Shown here one piece after another: positions 36,701 through 51,700 of a DNA stretch of 64,000 bases. The translations under genes and the position numbers were made by a program. The notes below the pieces were generated by a model that saw nothing but the letters and a program-made list of their open reading frames with translations, was not told the origin of the DNA and made no database searches. The number at the start of each line of letters is the position of its first letter. Position 1 is the stretch's first letter. Location of the stretch: the NCBI GenBank assembly GCA_002633005.1, contig NMRA01000260.1:397907-461906 (forward strand). The letters are read 5' to 3'. Origin of the DNA: Phoronis australis. Taxonomy: Eukaryota; Animalia; Phoronida.

Positions 36701-39700
36701 AATCAATGTTATTATGCTCCCAAATATACATTTCTAGCTGCATGCATACTGATGTGATCTCTGTAGTCACCTAAACCCTTGGTGGTTCTTCATGGCTTGG
36801 CAGATGTGCTCATGAAGCTGATGTCAGATTGTAACTCCTTTCGGACAGTTCTTGGATGGCTACTGCTGTGCTTCCTTAAGTCGCACTTTGTCTCTCTGTC
36901 TAAGTAACTACTAAGTAACTCACTGGATGAAATGTGGCAGAGGAATTTGTATCAATGACTAGACAATGCTTCATACATATGAATCTTCAAGATGAGGTGA
37001 CTTTTGTTGTTGCCCCCTTAGTGGCAATATTATGTTGGTGTCCTTGTTATGTCATCTGCCTCTATCTGGCAAATGATTTGAGGGATTGTCATAGAGAATA
37101 TCTTCCTATTGACAAGAGCATAGATGACAATTTTACGACGGACCCATATACCCTCTATTAACCGTTTTAAGGTTTGTTGTTCCTTCTACTCAGTTCAGTA
37201 AAGCTTTGTCATGATATATCTGAGAGATATGTTTTTGTGAGGTAAATATTTATGACATTGATTTTCCCATCACGTGAGACCACTGCTGCACTTCTTTGCC
37301 TCATTGAAGTGATTACATTTCATGGAAAGTCTTATGTTCTGGCCATTATTGTTCTTTTACTTGGTTGGTTGAAAATGACAAAATTTTGTATAAGGAATTA
37401 GTAACAACAAAACTGTTTGGGATTTTTACCCTTACTCTTTTAGTTTTGCCCTATTGTTTTTTAACTTGATCAGCACCTTTGAAATCAGTAAATAAATGTA
37501 TTTTCATTTTCCAGCTCGCAATTGTGGAGATCCAGGCAACGTGGCCAATGCTGCTAAGAGTGGCACTGACTATACAGAGTCAAAGTTTGTCACATATACA
37601 TGTAACTCTGGATATGTACACAGTGGAGGAACCTTGTCAAGACAATGTCAGTCTTCGGGGTCATGGTCAGGATCGCCACCTACCTGTGGTTAGTGAAATG
37701 ATGCAGTTCGTCTGCTCAGAAGCCGAGTTTTAGCTGTGTTGGGATTGCTAGTTGGAATTGGGTGGGGGTCAGATCTCAGACCTCAGTTTTGGTACAAATG
37801 CTCACTCCAGTAAATGTCACATTGCTGTCATCTCTGTCTACACGCCTTTGCCTGACCATTATGGCATTCACAATGTTTTCTTAGTTCATAAAATTTTACA
37901 GATATTTTACTGATTAAATTACATAGCATATATCTTGAATATTTTATGGACACTATATGTTATTATTTTATGCCAAACAGTCATTAAGCAACAAAAATTG
38001 TTTTTTATTGTTATGTTATAGATTTGTCTTCATTGTTTGCCAACAGCACAATTGATTCATTCATAAGCTGCTTTGGAATAAATGTACTTGTATTTTCCAG
38101 CTCGCAATTGTGGAGATCCAGGCAATGTGGCCAATGCTGCTAAGAGTGGCACTGACTACACAGAGTCAAAGTCTGTCACATATACATGTAACTCTGGATA
38201 TGTACACAGTGGAGGAACCTTGTCTAGACAATGTCAGTCATCAGGGTCGTGGTCGGGATCGCCACCTACCTGTGGTCAGTGGAACTTAATTTTTGATGAC
38301 TCTTGAAATTAGTCACAGTGTTGGGCTATAGAATCGAACAAGTTGGGAGTAACGGGAAAACACCGTAATGTCTATAGCCCAACAACAAGTTCGGAAGATG
38401 GCCCCTGTAGCCAATATTTTACACGACTGATTAACTCCATTCTGGAATTTGTGGTTGGAGGGCCATGAACTCTCTTGTTTCATAATTGGTGTAATCTCCA
38501 ATAAGATCGTATGTAGCCTGATTGGGCTGTGTTGTTAAAAATAAAAGTTATGTAATATTTGAACATAAACCAATAGCATTTCTGAAATCCTTGTCAAATG
38601 GTGATCATGTTTAGTTTTTGAATCTCTAAAATTGCCCAATTACAACCGAAGTTATGACTATCTATCCTTTCCGAACACTGATGCCAATTCGCCCTGGGTT
38701 TGACTGTGTTCACAGGGAGTCTGTAATAAGCCCGGTAGATAATTAGCCTACCTGTTGTCATACTAGACAAAAGAGTGTGCTTGCAGTTAACAAAGAAGCT
38801 AGATGTTATCACACGCTCACAACCCTCTACGTCTGGTAAAGTCACTGAACGCTGAAACGCCGTCATGTTTTGAAACTGTTTTTATTAAATTTTTCACGTG
38901 ATATTAATCTAAATGGTGATGTGCCATCATTTTATGTCAATTCTATATTTCACCTTTCCCTTGTGGTCAAATTGTTGTGCCTGACCTGAAGTTCATAAGC
39001 ATCCCCTTCAGGAGAGCTTTGTGGGTATGTATCTATGCCTTGTATTGATCTCCTTTATCTAGTTTTTTCCCTTCTTATCCTCAACTTCAGTCTTGTAAAA
39101 TAATCTTTTCCAGCTCGTAATTGTGGAGATCCTGGCAATGTGGCCAATGCTGCTAAGAGTGGCACTGACTATACAGAGTCAAAGTTTGTCACATATACAT
39201 GTAACTCTGGATATGTACACAGTGGAGGAACCTTGTCAAGACAATGTCAGTCTTCGGGGTCATGGTCTGGAACACCACCTACCTGTGGTTTGTAGAACTC
39301 GATCTTGTGTTTATTGCCTTGCACTCTTTGTGTTACTTAAATCAAGGATGCAGTCAACTGCTGCCTTTACTGAAGTGCTTGATCATGAAATTACTTTCTC
39401 CTTACTCGGACTCGTTATGCTCTCGCGCTGTTTGGTGACTTTCCCAAATTTGCTGTTGGGGGAACTCTGGCCGTGTCGTTATCAGTTTGACAATGATAGC
39501 AAGGGGAGAAAGTTGGCAAATTAATGTGATACATAGTCCAGGGCTCTCTTTGACTGTGTTTATCTGATGTACGCTCACATAATCCAGCAATTATTTTGTA
39601 AATGCAGCGCCTGTATGATGCTAACCTATATTTAAAACCTCCAATTTCAAATAATGTTCAACAAATGCCATGAAGAAGATGTGTTTTGTATGAACTACTA

Positions 39701-42700
39701 TCGCCAAAAGAAAATTTGAATGAAGAAACACGGTTGACTTTCAGAGAAATTAGACTTTAACTTTCACGGGCTGATTCCTTTGTGTGCTGTAATTAGGACT
39801 ACAGCTTTGTGTAGGCTTGTTAGTCAAGTTTAATAGAACGTGGTACTAGATAGGATCGTGATGGACATCTGTTGATTTTAAAAGTCCTGGGGAATGATAT
39901 GTAACGAAACCTGGCGTCACATGTCTCAGTAGCTGATGGATTAAGCAGTTAATGGTTGGACACGTTACAGTTACCTGGAGTTGGGATACAAACGATAAGC
40001 ATGATGACATTTCAAATACACATGATCTATAGGGACTGATGGATGATAAAATTTGGCAGGTTTATTCAGAACCAACAGTGTAATAAAACAACTTTCTTAT
40101 TGTCTAGGACCATAAAGTCTTTGTTAAGCTCAAATAAACAGTGATCTAATTTCAATTTCCCATTAGCGAACTCAGATCTCAGTCAAGTTATATCATTTTA
40201 AATTATTTGTAAATTTTTTATAAGTGGTGGCAACACAATCTGGTGGCTGGTCAACTGAATTTGGCCCCTGGGAGCAGGAGTGCACACCATGTGGAACAAG
40301 GACGCGCAGAAAACTGTGTAATAATCCCCCACCACCCTCTGGTGAGACTTGCAGTGGAACAGCACAGTCAGAGACGGAACAGTGTTTTTGCCCTACAACA
40401 GAGACAATCAATCTCCACAATGTAAAAGGTAATGATAGCATTCAACAATCAATTTTCCCGTGCTAATATGTGGCAGCTGTACATTATTTCTCTATCTCAG
40501 GACATATTACATTGGTGCTGTGCTACACAGGAAGTTTTAGTGTCCTTAATGTACAAGATTTGACGAGTACACGATAATGTTGGTGCAACGTGAAATTGAT
40601 GTATGCAAGAAAAATCATAGTGAGTTGTTTGAATCCACCTGTTACCATCATTTGTTTTTCGTAAAGTTTACACCATATTTTTGTTTTGTCGGCGTATCTG
40701 TGCTTTGTGATTGCATCTTTCCTATGTGATGAAGTTGGTGATAACGTCTAGTTTTTTAATTGTGTAAGAAGTCAATTCATATAATTATTAAATTTGCGAT
40801 AAATTTCTAGTTCTAGTTGTTAATAATTTCTGTCGTCTTTTAGTACACTTTGTGTTGTCTTGGACACAGAGTTGCCTTAGGTAAATTTAAGCCTGAGAGT
40901 ACAGTAAAATCTCACCAATTATGGAAAAACTGATATGTAATTGAAAGCTTTGTGTGGCTATTTTGGCATCCCCCTCTCTATCTGTCAAACTGCATGAAGA
41001 GAATTTGAAGTTCATCAGTTGTGTTGGTATTTGAGACGAGCATGACTGATGTTGGTTTTTGGGACTGGCCAACTACTGTAGGGCCCTCTTGTGACAATTT
41101 TAATCTATGCCTCAATACATACCATGTTTCTTGATGGATCCTTGTGAAATTTGGAACATGTGTTCAAAGTGAGGAGAGCACAGCTGACGTTGACATGTTT
41201 GACTTCTGTGGTGACCCCAAGTTTTAGTCTCCTTTTCATATGGCTCTATATCTATCAAGTTCCTTAATGGATGTTCACGAATTGGGAAATAATTATTTCA
41301 GATGGATTTGTCTGCTCCCGTGCCCCTATTAATGTTTTCCTGAATTTTCAGTCTAGTTTTTTGTTGTACGCTCCCCTATCCGCCAAACATCTTGAAAAAT
41401 TAACATCAAATGTGGCAGGTGTGTTGATACTGAATGGAGCATAACTGATGCTAATTTTCAAATGGATCAGACTACTCTGGCACTCCCTAGTGACAATTAG
41501 TGTTTACCTCAATATCTACAAAGTTTGCTACATGAAACTTGACAATTGTGATCCAATTAAGGAGATCAGGGCTCCCATTGATTTTTGGAAAAATCCATCT
41601 ACTTTGGCGTCCCATGGCAGTGGCAAGTTTTTTTTGCACCTGCCTTATATGTACCAAGTTTCTTGGATCTTCATGGTGCTTGCTATCCGTGTTGCTATTG
41701 CTATTGAGGAGAGCAAGGCTGATGACATGTCTCCCAGTGGTGGGAACGTTTAAAACTATGATCATCCTTTTATCCATGTTGCATGTCAATGTTTAGCGTA
41801 ATTATACATATATGTAAATCTTGTATAGCTCAATGGCTTGAGCGTCTGCAGGGTTTGCAGGAAGTTCGAGTCCCGGTAGGGGGCAGAAATCTTTTCGGAT
41901 TTATGTTCTTTAGGTCATGTGATGTGGCCAATAGGTGGCGTGAAGACAAGACTTTATTTTTGTTGCTCTTGTGTATAGCAAATCCCATGTGGAGAAGTAG
42001 CGTAGTTATGAAACAACAAGGGTTCTTTAGACAGAAAGTAGTTGCTAAATTTGTTGTGTTAATTTTTCAATGCCTAATAACTGCAAGGGCACAAAATTTC
42101 ACCAGACGGTGTGCAAAGACCACTGTACAGTACACAACAAGTCAACAGCTGGGTATTAATTTCAGTTCTCTGCCAACTGGTATTTTTTAAATTCACTTTG
42201 AATGATCTCAATTGTTGTCATTTTTTGACAAAAATTGAGCACACAATGACTTGCCCTGCCTTTTAAGCCAAGACTCGCTACCCAACCCTTTTCAGCTGAG
42301 AATTTCCATAACACTATAAGTTTTATTATTCCTTAATGTTTTATTACCCTCTTGGTTTTGTGGGTATAAATATGTGCAAAGTGTCAGAATATCTGCTGGT
42401 CACCATACATAGCATTTGAACCATAGTCCCACAGATATGTCTATGATTTAAATTTTTTTGATAAAAAAAACAATTCCTTATTTTGTTTGGGTATTGTCAT
42501 GTTGTATCCCATGGAAACTTCATACTGACTTACCAGTAATCAATCTCAAGATTGTTTTGCAACTTTTCAATCAATCTCACACATTCCTTTGATCTACAGC
42601 TGATTCTATTTCACGGGTATCTGTACTGAGATTAATAGCTGTCATTGGTAGCAGAGTTCATTCTATAGTTATGCTGCTAATGAGACAATACTTGACTGCT

Positions 42701-45700
42701 TCACCATCTATGGTATAACTTTTGCTTTGGACCAATTACCCTTATGAAACTTATCTCAAATTGTTCGTTTTCCAAATTCATCGACTTGGAAAAATCATTA
42801 AGGCTTGAGACCAGGCCCTTCAAGTTGACTTGTCACTGCAGTGTACAGTTTTTTGCTGCGCAATTAACAAACTTTCAGTTCTATGAAAGACCAAAAATCG
42901 CTTCCGTAAGGAACAAGTCGAGACCAATTTTTTAGTGTAAGTGAACTAAGTTTCTTCGACAGAAGGCGAGTGATTTAATGTTTAAAATTACATTATGTAA
43001 CCATCTATTCCATTTTAGGGCAAAACTTGTGCAAAGGATCAGAGTATCTTCAAGTGACCATTTTGAATAATCGTCAACTAGCTAATCACGTCGCCCAGAC
43101 AAAAACATCCATAGGCAGCATAACAGACTGCGCGCGTCTCTGTCATGTGGATGCCTTTTGTCAATCAGCTGACTACACTACTGGATCACAAACCTGCGTG
43201 TATAACTCTAAGACATGGTCATCAAAAGACATAGCCATTGGTGATCTACAGCCACAGTCTGGTGTTCAACACATTGAAGTAAAGTGTATAGGTGAGGGGT
43301 ATACAAGCAGCTATTTTTGACAGTGCAATGATTTTACTGAAGCTGTATTTTAATTAAAGTTATGCATGACCTTATTGACAAGTCTGTATTTAGCCAAATA
43401 TCTACAAGAGTATATATTGCATGGCACAAATTGTGTATGCTATTTGGAAGTAGATCTGCCATCAATTAGGTCTCGTAACCATTTCTATGAATTTAGCAAT
43501 ATGGGAAGATACATTCATGGCAAAACCACGATATCAATAACATGCATTGCCAAAATTTCATCCGATATTAAATGTTCAAGATGAAATCTCGTGAACATTG
43601 CTACATTTTTTTTTAAATCACCATACAATTTTCTATACTTTTTATGTAAAATTTTAACCTCTTTTTATAAAGCCTCAAGCAAAATTGGCCATTTTAATAA
43701 ACAATTTTTACAGTATTTTGAAGCACATCGCATTAGCATACTATCCGAAATGTTAATGTGAATGTGGTCAGCCATTTCATGTTTTGAAGTTAGTCAAATT
43801 TGGCCATTTGTTAGACAGTGTCCTACTGTCGATGGCAATTTTATCGATTTTTTTTGAAATCCAGTAGTTCTATTGACTGGGTTTCAGTACTAACAAACTG
43901 CTTTGAAAAATTAGTGAAATTTAACAAAAGAAAATTGTATTGACTAGAGCTGTCTTGTCAAATTGTAACTAAATACCCTCACCCTCAGTCTCAAGCAGCT
44001 TAAATGAGCTGCTAAATGTCTTGTTCCAATGTGCGCTTATTTTGCAATGCAATTATTTAAAGCTCCAGTCAAAATTGTATGAGGGTATATACGGTAATGT
44101 TACTGCAACAGAAAATCATACAGCTGTCGTAAGACTATTTTCCAGCGTTTCAGTATGGTATGCTAAATGCCATCACAGATGCTCAACGATATCACAATTG
44201 CAAAAATACACAAGATCACATTTTTGAGGGAAGGCTGTGTTTCACATGTAAGCTCGCAGCCTTACTAGGCTCAGATTATAGCAAGTTGGCCACCATTATT
44301 AGGTGAGAAGGAAGATGTTTAGTAATCTTAGAAAATTGTTTATTCATTGGTAAATATTTCTCTTTTAAGCTTCCATTCCATAAGGCAAGATTTCTCGTCA
44401 GAGTTGTCTCATAAGTACTTTGTGCTATAGAATGGGCCCCAGGTTGGCCTTCATGAATGTATCATGATATTTAAGAATCTATGTGTTTCAGGTCTGTATG
44501 ATTGTAAGAATGATGAAAAAGGAACAGACTACCAGGGAAAAATTAGAACGACAATAACTGGAAAGACATGTCAACGATGGGACACACAGAGTCCTCATAC
44601 TCACACGGTGAACTATGGAGCAGCCATTGAGAATTTCTGTCGCAACCCTTCTTCCAACGAAAAGGCTGCCCCTTGGTGTTACACGACTGATTCGAATGTG
44701 GAGTGGGAGTATTGCGATATTCCTATTTGTATTCACGAAGGTGAGATGAATGTGGTTTACTAACGGGAGTTATGTGATAGGAATATTTTTTGACTTTGTG
44801 ATTACATGTAAATTTCATGTTCTAAGTCTAATTCTAGAAGATTATGACTTTTCATTCTTTCACCGTTTTTGACCCTGTTATAATCCTCAATTTCGTGGGA
44901 GATAGCAACGGTTTATGACATTGGAAAACGACAGGAAAACAGGTTTACCAAATCCTCAGTGAATGAGTATTAAGTTTTTCAAAAACTTTTTTCTATATTT
45001 GAAGAAATTTTAGTCAACTGCTACCTGTTGAATTGCAACTGATGTAAACTTTTAAAACTGTCCCATCGTCCAGGTTTAATTTACCTGAGTTCAAAACAAT
45101 TCTGAATGAGGATCAGGGTTTGAAATCTCAGATATGAGACTAGGTATGTACCAAAACAGGCATGGTAAGAATTTCAACCAGAACCCTTCATTGACCATTG
45201 GAGGTGTTTTTCCACCTAAAATCTTGAACACTACCCTTGGACCTGAAGTTCTGTGTGCTCTGTGTAGCAGCTCGGAATTTGTTGGTGAAATTTTGTGTAT
45301 TAAGTTGTTGAAAGATTCAATAACCCCTGGAGTAGAACGCCAGCTGATGTTGTAGCACCTTGACCCAGGATCTAATATCAATAATTCATACTAGGTTGAC
45401 ATGAGTGGCAAAGATGTTAGCAATTTCATAGGATAAAATGCTAGCAAATAAGCTAGCTTTTTAGCCAGTCAGACAAGCAAACACACACACACACACACAC
45501 ACTGACCACAAAGGCTGTAATTTTCTCCCGCAATTTGTTTGTTTCCTCTCACCTCCCATGTCACTTTTAAATGAAAATTGATGTCAGTGTAGTCCAAGAG
45601 CAACGCTCCTAAAAGAAAACGGACAGACTTACACTGGGAGAAGAGCCGCAGCGCTGCTTGCTGAGAATTTTAGGGATGACGTCAGCGTCCTGGACATACC

Positions 45701-48700
45701 CAGACAGAAAACAAAACAAAGAAGATGGAGGAACTATGAACAACGCAAGAACAACAAACTGCCAGCATGACTAACAACTTCTCCATGCAATAACTGATCA
45801 GTTCCATCAGACAGCTCAAGACCAAGATCAAGACCGCACTGGGCAAGAGGCTTAAGAGGTCCCCGCTCATTGCTGCCATGTGCAGCAAAGCTATTAAGAA
45901 AATTGCTCTTATGAAGAAACTGACGGGTACCAGTTGGGGCGCTAACATGAAGATCTTGACCCAAGTTTACACAGGATCTGTCAGACGCCAGATGGAGTAT
46001 GCCTTTAACGCATGGTTTACAACTGCCAAAACCAACTATGACACCTTAGCCTGGGTCCAGAATACTGGTCTGCGCTTAACCACAGGAGGCATGAAGACCT
46101 CCCCATCACGGAAATGGAGAAGACGGCAGGCTTAAACTCATTGGAAGAAAGACGGGATGCAAAACTCCTGAGACGGGGCGAAAAAATGAAGCGGCTTCCA
46201 TCACATCCACTGCACTCGAAATTTCAAGCCCCGACCAAAAGCGGCATCAAGCCACTCCAGCAGAAACATCAACCTCTGCTATCCTCAATCAACCAACCAC
46301 TAGAAATGCTCCAAGGCTTTGAAGAATGATTGCTTGGCATTCTTCCAACTTGAACCATTCTGGACATCCCTGGGATTGAAGCAAAGCATATTACACAACT
46401 GGAGGCAGTCCTGAAGGTCCTAGCTCACCCCATGTAAAGAATAGACAATTGTGAACATAGTCTGTTACGTCGCCGGCGTCAGTGTTCAGCGATTGTTTCC
46501 AGGACATTTATATGTTTTTTCTACTGACTTGTCTGATTAAAGTCACGTTTGGGACACCCCACCAGCACCTGGGCCCAAGTTTATTCAGATGGCTCAGCTG
46601 AGAATGCTGTCAGAAATGGGGAGAGGTGGTATATTCATCAAATACCCAAGTGGCAGCTCTCTGCGCAAGTCCATTGCCACAGGCCTTCACTCCACCAAGT
46701 ACAGAGCTGAGGCAAATGCCATGTACCTCACAGCCCAGACACTCTGAACCAGCAAACAAGGCTCCTGGATCAGACAGTTCAACACAGACTGCTGATCTCT
46801 CCTGCAGAGCCTCCTGACAACAGAGATAGACCAGATCCTGCGTACATCAAGCAGAAGATGCACATTCTCAGCAACAAAGCCATGTTTGTGCTACAATGGA
46901 TTCTCTCCCACTGCAGCATCAGCGGCAACGAGAAAGCAGATAGACTTTCCAAGGCAAGAAGCAAACTGGAGCAGACAGTGTACCCATCATCATATGGAGA
47001 AGTAAAAACCCTCCTACGAAGTCACTTTAGAAATGCCTGGAGGGAACGCCTATGTCTGGGGACTGAAGCTTGACTGGCAAGAACAAGTCACTATCTTCAG
47101 GCTAAGAACTGGACACTGCCAGCTGCTTTCCCACATCCATCGCCTGAAAATCTCTCAGACAGACGAGTGCCCCTGTGGCACTGGCCCCCAGACGCCTGAG
47201 CATTTACTGCAGAGCTGCACTACGTTACTTCGATACCCTAAAGCGCCAGACATGGCCCAGTACAGTGGAAGTCAAAGTAAAACTGCGGGGCCCGGCAGCA
47301 TCATTGTGGCGAACAGCACACTTTGCCCAGAAGACCAGACTGACCATATGAGCTACATGGCTTGGAATGCTGAAGATGTTGGAACAGACTCCACTCTTTA
47401 CCAAAAATTGATTGATGTGATGATAGAATAAAGGCCCTTACCTGTACGCACATATGTCCTTTGAAATAATCGGTCTGGCTTCAAAAGTGCTAGCCAATAC
47501 AAGTTTTGGAGTAACTCACACCTCTGGTGAAGTGCCTACAAAAGTGACCCTTGTGCCCGTTCACATTACTGGCATTTTGCTGCTAATGAAAGTATTAGCG
47601 AATACGCTAGCGCTTTATTTAGCCAGTAAGTGAACTGGGTATCAAACTTGACTCAGACTTAAATTTAACCAATCACACTGCAGGATTCAATTACAAATTT
47701 GTTAGGTTACTCGAAGCAGGACATTGAATTAGTCATGCAGTTTTTGAATCGATTGTTGAGAGGCCATGATTCTTACACTGATTGACCTCACACAACTTAA
47801 TTGCAATTTCTTCATGTTTAACCTTTACTTTTTTAACGTAAATATTCCAAAGTCTATGATACTTTATTTTTTGCAACTAATCTGGTTCCATGGGGACATA
47901 TGAGAGCAAGTCTATTACTGGCATTATTGTTTTTGCATTAAAGAAACTTGTTCCTTCCAAAGTGAATTTCCACCTGAACCAGTTCCATCATGTGTGACTT
48001 AAAGTTTCTATTTGAAGTAACTAGTGTGGCTTCAAAAGTGCTAGCGAAAACAATGAATTTTGGAGTAGCTCACACCTCCAGTGAAGTGCCAGCGAATGTG
48101 ACCCTTGTGCCCATTCACATTACTGACAACTTGCTGCCATTTCATTACATATAACTCCTGTTTAGTCCGTATTCCAAACGACGCCTGTTTTCAGGCGCCT
48201 GATCTCCATCTTTGTTTTGTTAATAGCCAGGCTCAGTCTTTTGTCCAATACCATGATGCAAACGCCAATTATTTACCATGCTGAATGTAAACATTAATTA
48301 ATGTAAACATGCATCGACTCAAAACTGTAGTAAACAAATAAAAATCCATTCGCAGTGTTTTGGTCTATTTTTATCGTATTTCTTTACTAACTTTGCACGA
48401 GGAATTCAATTTCAGAAGCTAAACTCAAATTAATTAGTTCTTAACATTTCAATATATTTCAGTCAGTGTTTTATTGCCGAAAAGACACTGCCCCCCAACT
48501 CAAAATCCTGGATACATCCCTGGAGAAGCATTGTCCAACTACAAGATACAGTGCGGTTTCCTAATGTTGAGGGACGTGTCTGTCTGCTGTATTAGGGTTG
48601 GCTGCAGTATAATGGTTGGAACAATGAATTATTTTGCCATTCCGAGGAGAAGTTTAATTTAAGGCTTTGACAGTCATTGAATTAGTAATGAGCACCATCC

Positions 48701-51700
48701 ACTTCCCTCTCTCATATCTGTCAGGACACTTTTGTTTTTCAGTTCTACCATCTTGTACAGCTTACGGCAACACATTCAAGGTGACCAGCGGTGATTGTAA
48801 ATGTTACTCCCAGCAGGCACCAGGTCATCAACCCACGTACTCCCAATGTACAGATAATACTGGCTTCAACATCCAGACGTGTACCTGTGACTGGCTCTAT
48901 AACTTTGCCTGCAGCGGTCCTTCTTCTAGCACTTGCCCTGGGGACACTCCTCAGCCACTGCCTCAAGGTATAGTTATCATGCTTTACTTGAGTGTCATGT
49001 GTTCTTCTGGATTTTTAAGCAGTAAAAGCGCGATGATGTCTCCACTTTCACAACCCTTACAGNGAGTCCAGATTAATTGCGATTAAGTGCAAATCTGTGC
49101 TACATCGTACTCCACAACACGAGAAAAATCTCTGGATGAACACACATGTTGTTGTCACGTGACGTTTGTTTTGAAGTTCGTCTGCGTATGAGAGTGAGTG
49201 TCGGAGCGTGCGTGTGTGGGTCATCGATGATAGACTTTTTTGTTACAAAAGGTGGAGGCTTATGCAGGAAAATGGCGTTTACTAGATTGTTTATTCATTT
49301 AGATGGCTGCAACATGCAAAGTGAGTGCTGGTTAACTCACAGGTTTTGTGTGCACAGGCCGACGTTCGGTAGCTCTACCGTGGAGTGTTAATAGTCCAAG
49401 GCTCGATCTACATGTTGGGGACGAAGTGAACTACCCGGGCTGTGTGAAATTTCTGGGTCTAACGGAGACACTGACGCAGTGGTCAGCCAGCTCGCTGTAT
49501 CAAGCCTATAGTCAAAATCCAAATTCATTTTATCGTGTCCCTGTCAATAATAACGGCATGCTTAAGTTTCTTAATTTTCGTACTTCAGGAAAATAACAAT
49601 CGCGTGTTTTGTACACATACGCGCACGCCGCAGATCACATCTCGGAAATTGCCGATTTGACGGATGATAATGAATGAGCACAATGAAATTAACAACGTCG
49701 TTTTACAGCTTGTAAGATTCATAATAAACGTATTTTGAATATTGCAATGCATGTGTTCAAAATCTAAATAACTTGGGTCCTATATTTTTGTATTCGTGCG
49801 CGCCGATTGAAAGTAATCGTGAGTGTTGCTGTGTTGCAAAATCTCTTATCCTGGGCCGATTTGAAAAATTCAAAGTTGTACTCATATTTGTTTTCGCTCC
49901 TCTTTTCAAATATTACGGTTAAAACTACTTGTAACTCTCTCCATAAAAAGTACAGTCTGCTAGGTAGATTGTAATCAGCTGATCATATCCGCATGAGCGA
50001 AGCCAATTATCCTCGCTCGTGACTCGATGAATAGAGCAGCTTGGCGGCATCCCTTTGATTGTGAGCCGAGCGCGACTCAGCCAAGGCGGATAAGTACGGT
50101 CTAGTTCAATTTTCCATACCCCACCGTTTACCTTGACGAGCGGGGTTAGGACCAATCTTATTTAGTGGGACTGTTCATAGCATATGTCTAACGCATGGTT
50201 TACAAATGCCAAAACCAACTCTGACAACTTACCCTGGGTCCAGAATACTGAAGACCACCCCATCACGGAAATGGAGAAGACGACTGGCTTAAACTCATTG
50301 GAAGAAAAACGAGATGAGAAACTCCTGAGACGGGAGAAAAATGAAGCGGCTTCCATCGCATCCACTGCACTCCAAACTCCAAGCCCCGACCAAAAACTGC
50401 ATCAAGAGACAGAGCCCAAACCACCTCATACAGCCACTCCAGCAGAAACATCAACCTCTGCTATACTCAATCAATCAACCGCTAGAAATGCTCCAAGGCT
50501 TTGAAGACTGATCGCTGGACATTCTTCCAACCTTTCTCGACGTCCCTGGGATTGGAGCAAAACATATTACATTACTGGAGGCAGTCCTGAAGGCCCTAGC
50601 TCACCCTAGAAACTCAGAGACTACCCCATGTAAAGAATAGACAATTGTGAACATAGTCTGTTACGTCGCCGGCGTCAGTGTTCAGCGATTGTTTCCATTA
50701 CATTTATATATTTTTTCTACTGACTGATTAAAGTCACGTTTGTGACACCCTACCACAGATGGCTCTGCTGAGAATGCTGTCAGAAATGGGGAGAGGTGAT
50801 ATAACTGCAGCTCTCTGCACAAGTCCATTGCCACAGGTCTTTACTCCACTAAGTACAGAGCTGAGGAAAATGCCATGTGCCTCACAGCCCAGACACTCAA
50901 CCAGCAAACAAGGCTCCCATATCAGACAGTTCCTCACTGCCGATCTCTCCTGCAGAGCCTCCTGACAACAGAGATAGACCAGATCCTGCGTACATCAAGC
51001 AAGAGATTCACATTCTCTCAGCAACAAAACCGCGGTTGTGCTGCAATGGATTCTCTCCCACTGAGGCATCAGCGGCAACGAGGAAGCAGATAGACTTTCC
51101 AAGGCAAGAAGCAAACTGGCGGGAGCAGAAATTGCACCCATCATCATGTGGAGAAGTAAAAACCCTCCTACAAAGTCACTTTAGAAATGCCTGGAGGGAA
51201 CGCCTATGTCTGGGGACTGAAGCTTGACCGGCAAGAACAACTCACTATCTTCAAGCTAAGAACTGGACACTGCCAGCTGCTTTCCCACATCCATCGCCTG
51301 AAAATCTCTCACACAGACGAGTGCCCCAGTGGCACTGGCTCCCAGACACCTGAGCAGAGCTGTCATTCATTTGATACTCTAAGACGCCAAACATGGCCCA
51401 GTACAGTTGAACTCAAAGTAAAATTGTGGGGCCCGACAGCATCATTGTGGCGAACAGCACACTTTGCCCAGAAGACCAGACTGACCATATAAACTACATG
51501 GCCGGGAATGGTGAAGTTATGTCAGAACATGTCCACTGTTTACCAAAAATTGATTGATGTGATGATAGAACAAAGGCCCTTACCTGTAAGCACATTATGT
51601 CCTTTGAAATAACCGGTCTGGTCTCAAAAGTGCTAGCCAAAACAAGTTTTGGAGTAAATCACACCTCCAGTGAAGTGCCTACAAAAGTGACCCTTGTGCC

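Noticed and set aside
49064-50160. CpG-richer segment with CACGTG and AAAATGGCG motifs, a possible promoter
   Set aside because: It starts at an assembly gap and has no associated exon or ORF support; more likely a transposon fragment, unclassifiable by eye.
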